Notes: generated from the letters alone by a model not told the origin. Shown: positions 37,847 through 50,003, counted from the stretch's first letter. The stretch: DNA of 64,000 bases from Fimbriosthenelais zetlandica (GCA_977030845.1 OZ365115.1:8804001-8868000); one strand, 5' to 3'. Numbers and translations are program-made.

Positions 37847-39736
37847 GCCTGGCGTACTTACTCCACTCAAGTCAGAGATAACATAAAGGAAGATAATTTA
37901 CAGTTCATTGCACCCGAAAAACCATGTCCGTGTTCAGGCGAGTGGGTGCTTGAGCCGAGCTTACATTCCACTCGGTCACCAAGTCATAATTCTGATATCA
38001 ATTTCTTATTTTTAGATTTTTATTTCTATTGCCTTCACCCCAGTGGCCTATATTCATAGGCTGGCAATGGGTCGACAATACATAATTAAAGAGAGTAGAA
38101 AAATAATATTATTAGCGTGTCTTCAAAAAAAAATATTGTGTAGGCCTACACTGAATCACATTCCTATAAAATGTAGGCCTATATAGGCCTACCTGAAGTC
38201 AGTTTCAAATTTCCCAATGAAATAATATATTAAAAATGTTTTTCACATTCTCCTATGATAAGCGATTCGTTCATATTGCTACAATGTTTTTTCAGTTGTA
38301 TGAATTTTAATTGGGCAGGGTGGTGGGGGCGGGGGGCTGTAAACAATGACTGCGTTTTTTAGCCTAGTGGATATGCCTGAGCATGGCAACACAGGTAGTG
38401 TATATATTAAAGTCTGGCGTGTAGGTGATCAGTGCTCAGTCTACTAGTGGAATATAAACACTCACCATCTCAGGTATGTACTATATGCAATAATATATTA
38501 TAATAATTTATTTCACCTTCATCATTATTCACATTTTCCAGGATAAAACTGACTTTATCAATCATTATGGCTTTCATAGAATAATTCATATAGCCTAGTT
38601 CCAACATTATTTTACAAAATGAAAATTGCACAGAGCAGATATATATTGGTTATAGTGAATATCTAGTACATTTTGTAAAAATAATATTCCAAATGAAATT
38701 TCCAAAATCAATACACATAGGCCTAATAGGCTAATACAGTTTTAATAATATTGACCCATCACGTTACCTTTTCTTATCAATATTATTGAATCTATGTGAA
38801 ATTCATTTTCATGATTCATTTTTAAAATAAACTAAACATAATGAAAAAAGCTGACCGATATAAAATCCAATTTAAATTTAATGAAGAAAATGGACTCTTT
38901 CACCTTTCATTTACTATACTAGCCTATAATGCCAACTTCCAGTCAGTATTCATTCAGTCAATTTTCCATTGAATTAGAGTATCTGATGAATATTATTGTA
39001 CTCGAATCTACAAGTAGGGACCAAACACATGCCAGAGTTGGTATATCACAGGTTTAAGTGTTACATTGCTAGTCGTGTAAACGGCTTAGCTGGGGTCTTG
39101 TTAGTCGCTTTACACTAACAACCATGGCATAATACCAATCATTACAGTTCTAATCCATTACAAGAATACAACAACTACTAAAACATTTTGATTCTCCAGT
39201 TAGGCTCCTAGTCAATATTTCCTATGACTTTTTACTCTCTGATATTATAGGCTTATTGCTCATTTTTTTGACTTTTTCAAACCTGGAATACTCCATAAAA
39301 TTCCATTGTGTTATAGTACATGGACAACTTTGGCATCTATTAAAATATAAAAACGATCTACTTTAATCTGAGTCAATCCAAGTCATTTACATGTTACGGT
39401 ATAATTATCTGGCAACTATAGCACAAAGGTTATAAAGGAAAAACCACTGTTCAAAGGTTGCACTGCAACAAGGTTCTGACTTCTTTAAGCAGCCGTAAAA
39501 AGTGAGCACACATTAAAAGTAATCTGAACTTAGAACTGATCTGAAAAAATCACTGCAAACAACCCACACAGATAAAGGTGCCCTGTTGATCGCCACGGAT
39601 CCAAAGCCAGAGGTTGAACATGTGATTTGGGGATATCAATTGACTGAAATATTGGGAGTAGACGTAGGCCTACACGTAGACCGAGTTCCTTTACCCCATA
39701 CCTTAATTATAACGTATTCTTTTTATCATTGTCAGC

Positions 39737-39953
39737 ATGAGTACCAAGACCCCCTCTGCTGGCGCCCCCTCGCGTCCCGGTACCACAGCCTCCCAGGTGA
39801 GCCACCACACGGCGGTCAGTGGAACTAAGAGCGGTGGTGGAAGCGCGAGCCGAGCCCAGACGGCGGTGACGGCATCTGGTGGTGGCATGGGCAGTGTCAT
39901 ACTGGAGGACCACGGCATGGACATGCTGGCACGTGGTGGCACCATTTACACAG
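39737..39953 (+). CDS. SPMIP2: C4orf45/SPMIP2-like (DUF4562) coding exon 1 (MSTKTPSAG...LARGGTIYT)
   Basis: gtcag acceptor 1 nt before the ATG; gtgaga donor, phase 1; joins in frame to give IYTGPD, compare human MIFTGPD. Confidence 0.7.
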
Positions 39954-40149
39954 GTGAGAGGCGGGGCCAAGACTTATGTGGAAAAAAATAATAAAGAATA
40001 TGCCTATATCAAATTAGCCATACAATTGTGGCCAATAATTAAAAATTATGTAACTAAATTAACACTTTCTAAAGCATAGTTGTGAGATAGGCCTATAGGA
40101 TGTATTTGTATGATGATTCCCGTCTGAAAATTCAACCTTTATTCTATAG

Positions 40150-40346
40150 GACCCGATGGTCAGCGCCCCTACCGGATGGCGGTCAAGTCGGACTTCATGT
40201 TTACTGGCGACGGTGACCGATCAACGGAGAACACTTCCGGTGTTTCATACCTCTTCCGGGGTGCACGTGACGCTCCCTTCCCCAAGGCTAAAGCAGCCTG
40301 TATCGGAGAGATAGGCTGGTCCGCCAAAACCGCCGCTTCTACGTGA
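40150..40346 (+). CDS. SPMIP2: C4orf45/SPMIP2-like coding exon 2 (GPDGQRPYR...SYLFRGARDAPFPKAKAACIGEIGWSAKTAAST*)
   Basis: ctatag acceptor. The TGPD, YL(W/F)R and EIGW motifs of DUF4562 occur in order with similar spacing. Total 137 aa. AATAAA at 40719. Confidence 0.72.
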
Positions 40347-41069
40347 CCTTCTATATGACCCAGGCCGTTGGACTGAATACGATCCAAGCACTTTACTAAA
40401 AATCAGTATTTATTTATAGCACATTGCAAAATGATAATTCACAATACCATAATACCCAAACCCTAATTATTCACACAAAACATATTCGCACTTTCTACAT
40501 GTAGGCTATTGAGTGTAGCCTTGGTCTGTCTATGAGAAACTTTCATTTTCTTAGGCTCTTTTCTGCAATTCAATGGATGGACTGCTTGCACGTGCAATAT
40601 TCTTTCATGTATTAAACTTTTTCATCATAATTAGCCTATATAAATTGTCGACGACTGTTTTAGCAAGGCTTTAATTGTGAGGATCGCTAACTTACGCTTG
40701 TTAAGTTTGTATGAAAGGAATAAAGGTTTTTAACGAATTAATTTTGTTTCCTGATGAACATAATATCAAATTATTTAAATATAGCCTATTCATAAGTAAA
40801 TGTTAAACGTGCACCTAATTACCTACCGAGAGGTTATGCATTATAGGCTACCCTCTCAATATCATCTGTTTTATGGTACAGGGCCTCCGTTCACGGGGTG
40901 TTCCACAACAAAGATGTACTACATCTATATATCAACCAATGATAAGTCTATTATGTGCTAATGCAACCCATCTTTCTTCTGTTTGGCTCCCTCATGTTTT
41001 ATTGAGGGGAGACAACAAAGTTTGAATCCGCCTGGTCATCCTTCATGCGAAGAAGGGATATAAACAGTT

Positions 41070-42647
41070 TCAAAGAAGCAGGAACGGATCCAGTAGTGAC
41101 TAAAAGACAACAAAAATATGCAGGGATGGGAGTGGGTCGGGGGTGGCGGCCCCAGAAGCTATCGGGGCCACATGGGATATTCTATCTGTAAGCGATGCTG
41201 TTTTTTCTTTTCTATGACACAGGTAGCCTAAACTAGTTCGTTTATCGGAGATTGGAAACTATTGTTGAGAGCAACTGACAAAGTGGTAGTGGTATGTGTA
41301 ACAAGAATATAGGGCACATTTAGGGCCCAACAAGCTTCGCTGATAAGCATATAATAGATTCTCCTCCCGGCCCATCCAGGCCAGGGGAGGATCCAGACTG
41401 TTATATAGCCTATAGGCTACATAGTAGGTGGTTTGTCGGACCTTGTGGATATAAGAAATTATTATTTGAACAACAACTCTTCCCTGAAGGGGGAGGGGTG
41501 GATGCATGGGTGCGGGGGAGGGGGTGTGCAAGGCCCCTGGACGCCCCCCCCCCCCCCCACCCCCACCGCCGATCCACCCCGCCTAACCCCCTACGGGTAC
41601 CCCACTTTTCACCCCTCCTCCCTAGCCATCTTCATCCCAACCCTATATCACGTCTAAGGCCTTCTCTATGACGAATCAACCAAAACAAGTGGATACCATG
41701 AAAATCACGTGCGTAGCCTACGATGTGTGTCATCTTTTCCAGCAAGTGCTGGAGAGGACTGCAGATAGAATAAAGCTCCTGTGATTTTGTATATAGACTA
41801 GCCCAGCCTACTTCCCCGAATCCTGTAATGCAGACATTATAGCTTTGTATACTGAGAAAACAAAAAGGTAAGGTAGGTATAGCCTACGAAGAACGTTGGA
41901 AGATCTGTGAAAGTGCGCATGGGGTATTAAATGCAAGGGTCATACATTTGGTAAGATTCCCTATAGTAGACGCTTCTGACACCCTATAGATTCTCTATAG
42001 GCATAAGGGCTATTTAGGTCTAGGCCTTTCTTTTTATAATTAAAAACTTGGTGGGGATTGGGGGTGGGGGAGTGCTTGTAGGCCTATAAGAAAGGCTGAT
42101 AAATGAAGTGTCAAAATTAAACCAATATTTAGGCCTATAGGTGCAAAAGGTAAAGCAAGGTAGCCTATGAAATAGGCTACATGAGGATTACCGGTAATCA
42201 TAACGTCGGAATTAGAAGAAATTTACCGGTAGATCGCGTAAACACAGTTTATCTTCTAGCCGCTAGGCCTACTATAGGCGCTAGTCTATAGGCCTAGGCT
42301 TTTCTCACCCGTCGCCGTTTTGGACCATTACAAGGCTAACAAGCATTCATACGGCAATGCTCATTGCCGAAACGAAAAGAAATCTTAGTCAGTATCTTCT
42401 AGAATTCATTAATTTAGGTTTGTTGGGAGTTTTTGCCGCAGTGAGGGCGAGGAAGGAGATGTGGGCCTACGGTAGATGGCGGGTAGGGCGTGCACTGTGT
42501 CCGAGCATAGGACTGGTCCGAGGTGGCCGGGACGGACGACATTGAACCATATTTAACAAATAAAATGACTTACATTATCATCCACCATCCAGACTTGGCT
42601 CTTTGAGTCTCTTCTTTTTCAGAATGTTTGCATCTCGTTTGTTCCAT
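41070..42647 (-). CDS. Candidate small three-exon orphan gene, 77 aa (exons 42647-42574, 41851-41722, 41099-41070)
   Basis: gtaagt donor, ttttctcag and tcttttag acceptors, matching phases 2 and 0, AATAAA at 41003-40998. No recognisable homology; it could be non-coding. Confidence 0.3.
41494..41580. mobile_element. Degenerate short inverted-repeat element (GGGGTGGATC-type ends)
   Basis: aggggtggatgc ... gatccacccc ends; related ends occur at 43044-43058 and 61999-62198. Confidence 0.45.
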
Positions 42648-42685
42648 GATGCATTCATCCACTCCCGGTTTAATGCATTAGGCTA

Positions 42686-42749
42686 CTGCCACCTAGCGGA
42701 TGCGATGACCGGAAGTGTATCATGTGCGCATGCGCATCAAAGATGGCGG
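42686..42749. promoter_or_regulatory. Housekeeping-type, probably bidirectional promoter: CTCF, ETS, NRF1 and YY1 motifs
   Basis: ccgctaggtggcag on - (42686-42699), ccggaagtg (42709-42717), tgcgcatgcgca (42725-42736) and aagatggcgg (42740-42749) within 64 bp, with strong donors on both strands nearby. Confidence 0.75.
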
Positions 42750-42836
42750 ATGGCGGATGTGAGATTTAACATTTCGACATTGGAAAAACACGTAATAACA
42801 TCACCGTGGGCAAATGTCACGATCTGTGAGACAAAG
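42750..42836 (+). CDS. Candidate first coding exon of an unidentified gene (MADVRFNISTLEKHVITSPWANVTICETK)
   Basis: ATGGCG start beside the YY1 motif, 29 open codons, aag|gtaagc donor. No downstream exon identified. Confidence 0.4.
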
Positions 42837-44287
42837 GTAAGCTATAAAACAATACCACCCTTTGTTTTGAGTTGTTGAGGCGCCCAATTCTCCCTTATTT
42901 TCTCTAATATGAGCGATAAAACACGGTGCCCCTGTCACTGTTGAATTGGTCAGTTCAGAAGTAGGCCTAACACTAACTGACCTGTCGATGGTAGGCCTAT
43001 AGCCTATACCCGGCCTACCGGTAGAGTCTTGGATGTGGTTCATCAGGGGTGGATCCAGTGGGGTTCGAGGGTTAGATCGAAAAAAAATGAGGAATTAAAA
43101 ATATCTGGAAAAAACTATGGCCAAACAAAGTCGTTGTGGAAGTTTGAATAAATCATATTGCCATAGGCCCTATCATGATGATAGGTCTATGATAATGTAG
43201 GCCTAGCCTAGGTTTCAGTACGGTATTTAATTTCTGAAATTTATTTCTGATTGAAAACATTGAGCGATGTTTTACAGTAGGCTACTACGGTAAGACTTTA
43301 ACCTAATATAATTATCATAGTTATAGGCTAATGTATTCCTACATGGAGCAGCCAATTATCATCACCTAACTCATTGCCTTAGTATCAGTGTTGTTCATCT
43401 TCATTCTTCTTGTGGATATTGGGACTTGATTATACCGGAAATGCCAACCGGAAGGACCTGGGATGTTGGAGAAAGTTGGGCAAATACTGCCCAGGAGAGT
43501 GGAGATAATGGAATGAGATCTGATAATGGGTCTGGGCGACTCTACAGAAAGAGATCTGCTTTAGTATCTTTTAGTATCTGTCGTCCTTTTTTCAACTTCT
43601 GTTTCTACCAAACGATATAGTGCCTATATAATTCTTCCCTCTTCATTAAAAAACATACTTTCTGGCGTGGTAGTAGTTTGGGTCCTGTTGAAAGTAGACC
43701 TATTTTTTCTAATAATTTTGTTTAATGAGTCCTACTTTATATTTAAGTGGTGAAGGCAAATCGATTGTTCAAAGTTTCTCCAAGGTGAAAATATGCTTTT
43801 AGAGATAGCCTTGTTTACCATGGGAGATAATGGAGGGAAGTCACTGAACCGCCACTAAATAACATCATTGATTAAGAGACTAGCAGGTCATCTTTTTTAA
43901 ATGTTACGAATGAGCACAAAAGAACTATCCTTGATATAAATATAACAAATCTGACCCTTTTGATAATGCCATGATTTATTTGACAGTAGAGGAAAATGCC
44001 ACACAATGTGCAAAGATCATGCAAAGATTAGACTTTAGAATGTTCTATGAAAGTTCTATGAAAAATTAGTCTATTTTGATTATACTCATTCATATCAGTC
44101 TTGACGCATATAATAATTTCCCCCATTATAGGATAAAGGCGTGTTTTATATAAAGCTATGAGGGAGATTAATTCATTATCTAGACCTAGTTCTATAGAGA
44201 ATTTAAACTCCAACCATGATAGAAAACTCCAACCATGATGGAAATAGGATATTGGTAATGGGTCTGGGGAATATAAATAAATTGTCA

Positions 44288-44526
44288 TCATGGATTATAT
44301 GCTGGTTCTGTGAGAGTGTAGGTAGCATTAATATACAACATGCAATCGTACTCAACCCAGGCTGGATCATGAACCACTGCATTACAAGAAGGGTCATGCT
44401 TACATGCATATATACACTCACGGAAGGTAGAATTCTGTACTCTCATCTCTCCTATATTAAAGTCAAACACCTTAGTTCGTATGAAGCTGTTGCATGCTCC
44501 GTTTGTCTCTCGTATGTATAATTCCA
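44288..44526 (-). CDS. LRR-PAN gene exon 3: PAN/apple domain
   Basis: tttaattccag acceptor, phase 1; VELYIRETNGAC...ECIYACKHDPSCNAVVHD...DCMLY. Confidence 0.78.
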
Positions 44527-47106
44527 CTGGAATTAAATGAAAATAATATAATAGCATTAGGTCTGACCATCCGATAGATTAGGTTATGAATTGAGTGAGA
44601 CCACATAATTCCAATCCCCATGTTTGTTTCAACGGGCACCATTCTATTGAATGGATGAATCAGATGGGTCCAAAAACGGGTCATGTGACCTGGTACAATA
44701 ACGAGGATTAACACTGATCACTCTGAGTTGAATATTTTCCGAAATTCATATTAATTTGTACAAAGGAAATATTCATGGTATAATCATTGATGTACCAAAT
44801 TGAACTTCTGATTCTTACCTGAAGCCAGACTACTGTTGTCACCACGATAAAGTGTGTTGTTGAAAGACTCTTGGACGTTGCTGCTGGTATTGAAGGTTGT
44901 AGTTATGTTCATTTCTTCAGGTTCATCTGCTACATTAGAATCTGTAAAAGAGAATAAAGTACTCAGGGATATGCCCTCATATTTGTCATGAAAATCATGA
45001 AACAATCAGCAGAATCTTCAAACGGCGAGTGCAGAGAGAATTAAAATTAATCATTTTTAGAAAGCTGGACATACCATTGCAGATTTCACTAATAGGTATG
45101 TCTTGCCAATTTCGATTCACAAATGCTCTTGGTGAAGCACAAGGCTGGTCAGAGAGTTTGAAACTGACTTTGTGACTACTTTTCAGTAGAGTAATATTAC
45201 TGAAATACCAGCAAATCGCCGCTTTGGTGCAGTTAAGCGGATTTGTCCTGATGTCCACCTCAAGAGTTCTGGCTCCTGTTGGGAAAGTGTCATATCCAAA
45301 CATTGTGATTTGGTTCTCCTTTAGTCCTAATATCCGAAACTTGCTCATGCTTGTACGGGCCTCAAAGGGGAATGTAATAAGTTGATTACTTTGCAGATTC
45401 AATATTCGAAGGGATGTCATTAGGGCCATTGTTTCTGCAGGAATGAAGGTTAACTCATTGAAAGACATATCTAAATTTTGTATTCCTGATTGATGAATTT
45501 CAGGGAAGGTCCTCAGCTTGTTCCTTGCCAGGTTCACATCTGTCAGAACAGTCATGTTAGACAATTCATCAGCAGCAATATAATCTATCTGATTGCTATG
45601 CACCTCGAGGATTTGCAATTGAGTCTTGACATAAGACAAGCAAGGCAGTCGGGTGAGATAATTGTTATTCACTTTAAGCGTCTGCAGCTTGGTCATGCAC
45701 ATCATTGACTCACATGGGAAGGAAGTGATATTGTTGATATCCGCTTTTAGTGTAGTAATACTTGTCTCTTGTTCTTCGTTTGCCTTGTTACAATGGCAAT
45801 TACTTCGGTTCATCACTTCATTGCAAGTGGCAGTTTCTATCTCGTTATCGGTAAAAACTAATGTCCTCAGGGTTCTCGCTGAACATCCCAAATCAGTTGG
45901 TAGCTTAGTATGATGTAAATCAGCAATATATAATGTCTTTAGCCTGCAAGTTGACGCTAAATAGCCATTTGGAATTGGGCCTAACTTATGGTTATGGCTA
46001 ATGATAAGTGTTGCCAGTCGGTGGAGATGGGATATGTTTGGGTAGGATTGAAGGTCGTTAAATTCAGCGTTGATGGATGAAAGATTCACAGCAGCTGCTA
46101 TCTTTCCATATTCTATTTGTGTGAGGTCATTTTTGCGGACATTAACATATCGCAGTTGAGGAATGATAGGTCCAATATTAGGAAAACTTGTCAGTTTAGT
46201 CTCAGACACCTGAAGGTATTCCAGACGTGGCAACGTGGATAGAATTTCATCCGCGATTTCCCTGTTTGGATTGTTTAAGTTCTTCCCCAGTTGAATATAT
46301 TTCAGTGATGGGAAGGTTCTATTTACTACGTACTGAAGATCTGAAAGGTTCCTTTTCCATGCACCCCAAAGATATAATCCCTCCAGTCTGCTAAAGATGG
46401 TGAGGAAGCCTGGAGTGAACTCCTGTATTGGTGTGTTAAATACGTCAAGGCGCAGCAGTGTTCTATTGAGTAAATCCAAGTTAGGAAGTTCAGTCATTTG
46501 CTTGTTTTCACCCATGTGCAAGTATTCGATATTGAGGCCTTCAAAGTAGTCACTTGGAAAGGATGTTGCATTGATATCTCCCACGCCATTCATTTTTAGT
46601 TCTATTAAATTACTCAGTCCGTTTAATGTTGGTAATGGCAGAATCAGGGGATTATAATCGAGTGTTATGAGTTGAAGGTTTGGAAAATGTGTGAAAATAT
46701 CCCTGGGAATCACTTTCAAGTTGTTTGAATGCAAAGTGATGTTAGTCAAAAGAAGGGAACAATTTTGTGAGCAAAGCTGTGGAAGTGTCTCTAACCGTGG
46801 GTTTTCGTTTATGGCGAGGAACTTTAATTCTAGAAATCCTTCGAAGACGTATTCATCTATAGTTGTAAATTCTGAGTTGGCTGTTGCCTTAAATGTCTCC
46901 ACTATTGTGGAATAACGATTAATTTGAGCTGATAATAGGTGGGTCAGATCTGTACTTTGATAAAGCAATTCTGATCCCAATCTAAGATCTGAGATGTCAT
47001 CAGCACCTTCAGAAGGAACTTTGATCTTGCGTGTGTGCGATGGAAAAACTAACAATAGAATAAGATATATATACAACGAAAACTTAATATTGTTTATCTT
47101 GGCCAT
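44288..47106 (-). CDS. Secreted leucine-rich-repeat protein with LRRCT cap and C-terminal PAN/apple domain (797 aa, 3 exons)
   Basis: Exons 47106-45075, 44941-44819 and 44526-44288, all joined in phase 1 (2394 nt). Signal peptide MAKINNIKFSLYIYLILLLVFPSHT, many LxxLxLxxN repeats, NPLNC...CW...PCASP...IC cap, PAN-type CIYACKHDPSC...CMLY. No transmembrane segment. Confidence 0.85.
44819..44941 (-). CDS. LRR-PAN gene exon 2: Asn/Thr/Ser-rich linker
   Basis: ctcttttacag acceptor, cag|gtaaga donor, phase 1-1, several N-glycosylation sequons. Confidence 0.8.
45075..47106 (-). CDS. LRR-PAN gene exon 1: signal peptide, LRR array and LRRCT
   Basis: Lies within the 747-aa ORF. Met45 of that ORF begins the signal peptide; aatg|gtatgt donor at 45074. 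Confidence 0.9.
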
Positions 47107-47273
47107 TTGAATGGCAATATGATTCCAGATGAATAAAAGTCTTCTTTTTTTCCAGTTTCCTTGTCCCTGCACTACTCCTGTTAAGTCAGTCCGAGATCTG
47201 GAAAATGGAGGAGAGAGAAGACCGTCCAGCACAATCAATTGGTGAGTCTCTTACTGTTTGTGAGTTTCCTATA

Positions 47274-47281
47274 TATTTATA
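47274..47281 (-). promoter_or_regulatory. TATA box (TATAAATA) of the LRR-PAN gene
   Basis: Canonical TATA about 170 nt upstream of the start codon. Confidence 0.45.
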
Positions 47282-50003
47282 ACAGGAGAATCTAACTGAT
47301 ATGTTTCTGTTTGGGAAAGCATTGAACTGCATGTTGTCAAGGTTTCTTTTAAACAAGAGATTTACCACCAATTGCACATTGCAGAAGAGATTATTGTAAT
47401 TAGACAAAGAGCTTCCTGGGGATGTATGTCGGAAGTTCCTGTTTCAACGGGAGGGGTGTCACCTCAAGCCATTTGATTATTCAAGCGTAGAACATACTTC
47501 CTCGCCTATTATTTCCAATATTTTGGCGTCTTGTGAAGAAAGGATGAGGGACTATTAATTTTATCGAACGATATGGGGTCAACTTCAAGTACTGCCAATT
47601 ATAACAATAGCCATAGGGACTTCTATACACTTCTATACATGTATGTATAATTCCATGATTATACTTACCTCTGATCTATTTAAAGAGAACTATACTAAAC
47701 TAAATGAGAAAAGTTTGGAAGTCAAGCTTTTAAAAGAATAATAATGGCCTTGGACTTTGGTCTAAAATATGCAAAACCACAACCAAGGAACTCGATTTAA
47801 TATAGTATAATTTTTACATCATACATTTGAGGATGAATGCTCACAATGCTATATAGATTCTCAAGTGTTTTGATGTAGTTTCGAGATTGATGTACCCTGG
47901 ACTTCTGCTATCAGTCAAGGACTTTTAAATTATTTTCTCATTGTTGTGGCCGGCGGTGGAGTGGTCTATTATTGCCTCACTACTATAGTCATCAGTTGTC
48001 AATGTCAGCCATTTATCTGTGTAGAGTGTGATCCAGTGACAGGAGCTGTCTATATAATGACTTTTCTATTAAAGACAAATACGATAACTCCTATCAATAT
48101 CTACAAATAGAGTGTGAACAGTTACAACATGTCAGGATGCTTGATAAGCAGGTTAAAACTGGTTGGCTAAAGACTGCATTTATTACAATGCTGCAAAGTT
48201 AATATTGACGTTCATGGTGTAATTCATGCCTTTCATCATCAAAATCATTCAAATCGTAGCTCCAACAGAACATATATAGTTTCAACCCTGAGGCAAGGTT
48301 TTCCAAAGACGCTAGCAATGTTTGAATCCGATTTGAATTGTATTTTGTGAGTGCACCTCGGGCACCCTTCCCACTAACCCCATTTCCATATACTACTTAC
48401 GCTAATCTCGCGAAGTAGTTTCAAGAGCCTTCCCAATAAAAATCTAAATTGAATTGAATCTAAAAGACTTGAACTGGGGAAAGCAATGTGCAAAAACTTC
48501 TATAAAGAGAAAAATAATCATGTCAAAAGTACTTGCAAGTACTTCTGGCATGATTATAATTTATGACTATTTGCATGGTTATATTTTATTCTTTATTATC
48601 TCTGATATAAGTATATACTTGAACATGTAAGTACCAGTTATATCTTTGGGCTCTTTTATGGCCTTGAAGCCATGATTAATACCAAAGATGAAACCATTAT
48701 ACACCATTACACCTATATATAGCTTCCCCAGGTGTGGACCTTAACATATCCTTAATGATCACGGATATTGCGGTTTGGCTATAGTAGATATACTGTGCGA
48801 GTTCTTCCTTTAGGAGATAAGACCGTCATGATTGTTCAGTGAAAGTTTTGAAGTATGTCGCAACACAGATAAGCAATTACATGAACCCGTTTTTTTTCGA
48901 CACGTTGTGAAGTCAAGTTACTATATAGATTGGAAGGAGGGTTGGAGTGTATTTGCGGACGGATATGATTGCAAAAGTCCTGTAAAACTTTAAAAATTTA
49001 AAGTGTATAGACCTGACAAGGGAATTCCTCAGATTTGCATGAAGAAAGTAGGTGTTCCCGATTATCACTTACTTCAGTGAAGAGTACACACTAAAGTACT
49101 GTGGTATGCACAATCTAAGTGTCAGTGAGCTACCTGGATTCATGTGGTCTAAATACAGCATCCGTCAAGATAAAAATATATTGCAAAATTCTTGGCAACG
49201 TGACCTGTTTTAAAGCCAGAATTATAATGGCTGTAAATTCGTGATTTCATTGAAGGAAAATCAAGTAAATTACTTCTTCTATAAAGAAAAGGAACATAAT
49301 GTTATGACGATTACATTTTATTGCATAATATTTGAAGTTTAATTTGTTTATTGATATTAGACCTATTCATATATAAGTAATCAGTTTTTTCTGAGAGACG
49401 GTATCTATTTTGATTATTCATAGCTGTACCTCGTCCACCCAGATAGTATTTTATAATGGGTATATGGATTGAATTTTTATTATATACCCCCTCTATACTG
49501 CACCCTATCCCTCTTTGCCTCACGTAACTCCCAATACAAAGACACACATCAAACAATGAAGTAAGTCAACTACCTGATAGGCATGAATCACTTAACAGTC
49601 TATTCACATGATGTAAGATGCAGTATACATTCCTAGCATTATATCCTGGGTCATTTATACCTGGCAGAAACCCTTAAAAGTCTTGGATCCCCGATGTTAT
49701 TTGTATGTTCCCCATTCTCCCTGAAAACATGCATGGGTAGGCCTATACTCTCTGCCTGGGATATGCCATTTGCTGACTTTCGGCCAAGACTCATCACAAT
49801 GACCCGAGTCATCAAATTTGAATTTTGAAAAATAATATAAATGGTACTTGTCATTACCGTGTTATATAGCGCTAAAATAGTTGCCTTCGATCTAGCCATT
49901 TAAAACTGCAAAACAAAACCTTCCGCCCACTCACAAATGAGGGGCTCTTAAGAGTCAATAACCCTGGCAGGTGTTCAAAGAAACGGAAGCTATACCTAAC
50001 TCA

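Noticed and set aside
40169-40387. 72-aa minus ORF
   Set aside because: Antisense shadow of the SPMIP2-like exon 2.
41259-41531. Weak resemblance of the minus ORF (QTTYYVAY...PPLA) to SYCE3
   Set aside because: Poor acceptor, and the segment is built partly from TAGCCTA motifs and a repeat; likely chance.
44995-45074. C-terminal MSSFLKMINF... of the 747-aa ORF
   Set aside because: Intron read-through after the gtatgt donor at 45074.
47107-47238. First 44 residues of the 747-aa ORF
   Set aside because: Non-ATG start; the signal peptide begins at Met45, so this is 5' UTR.
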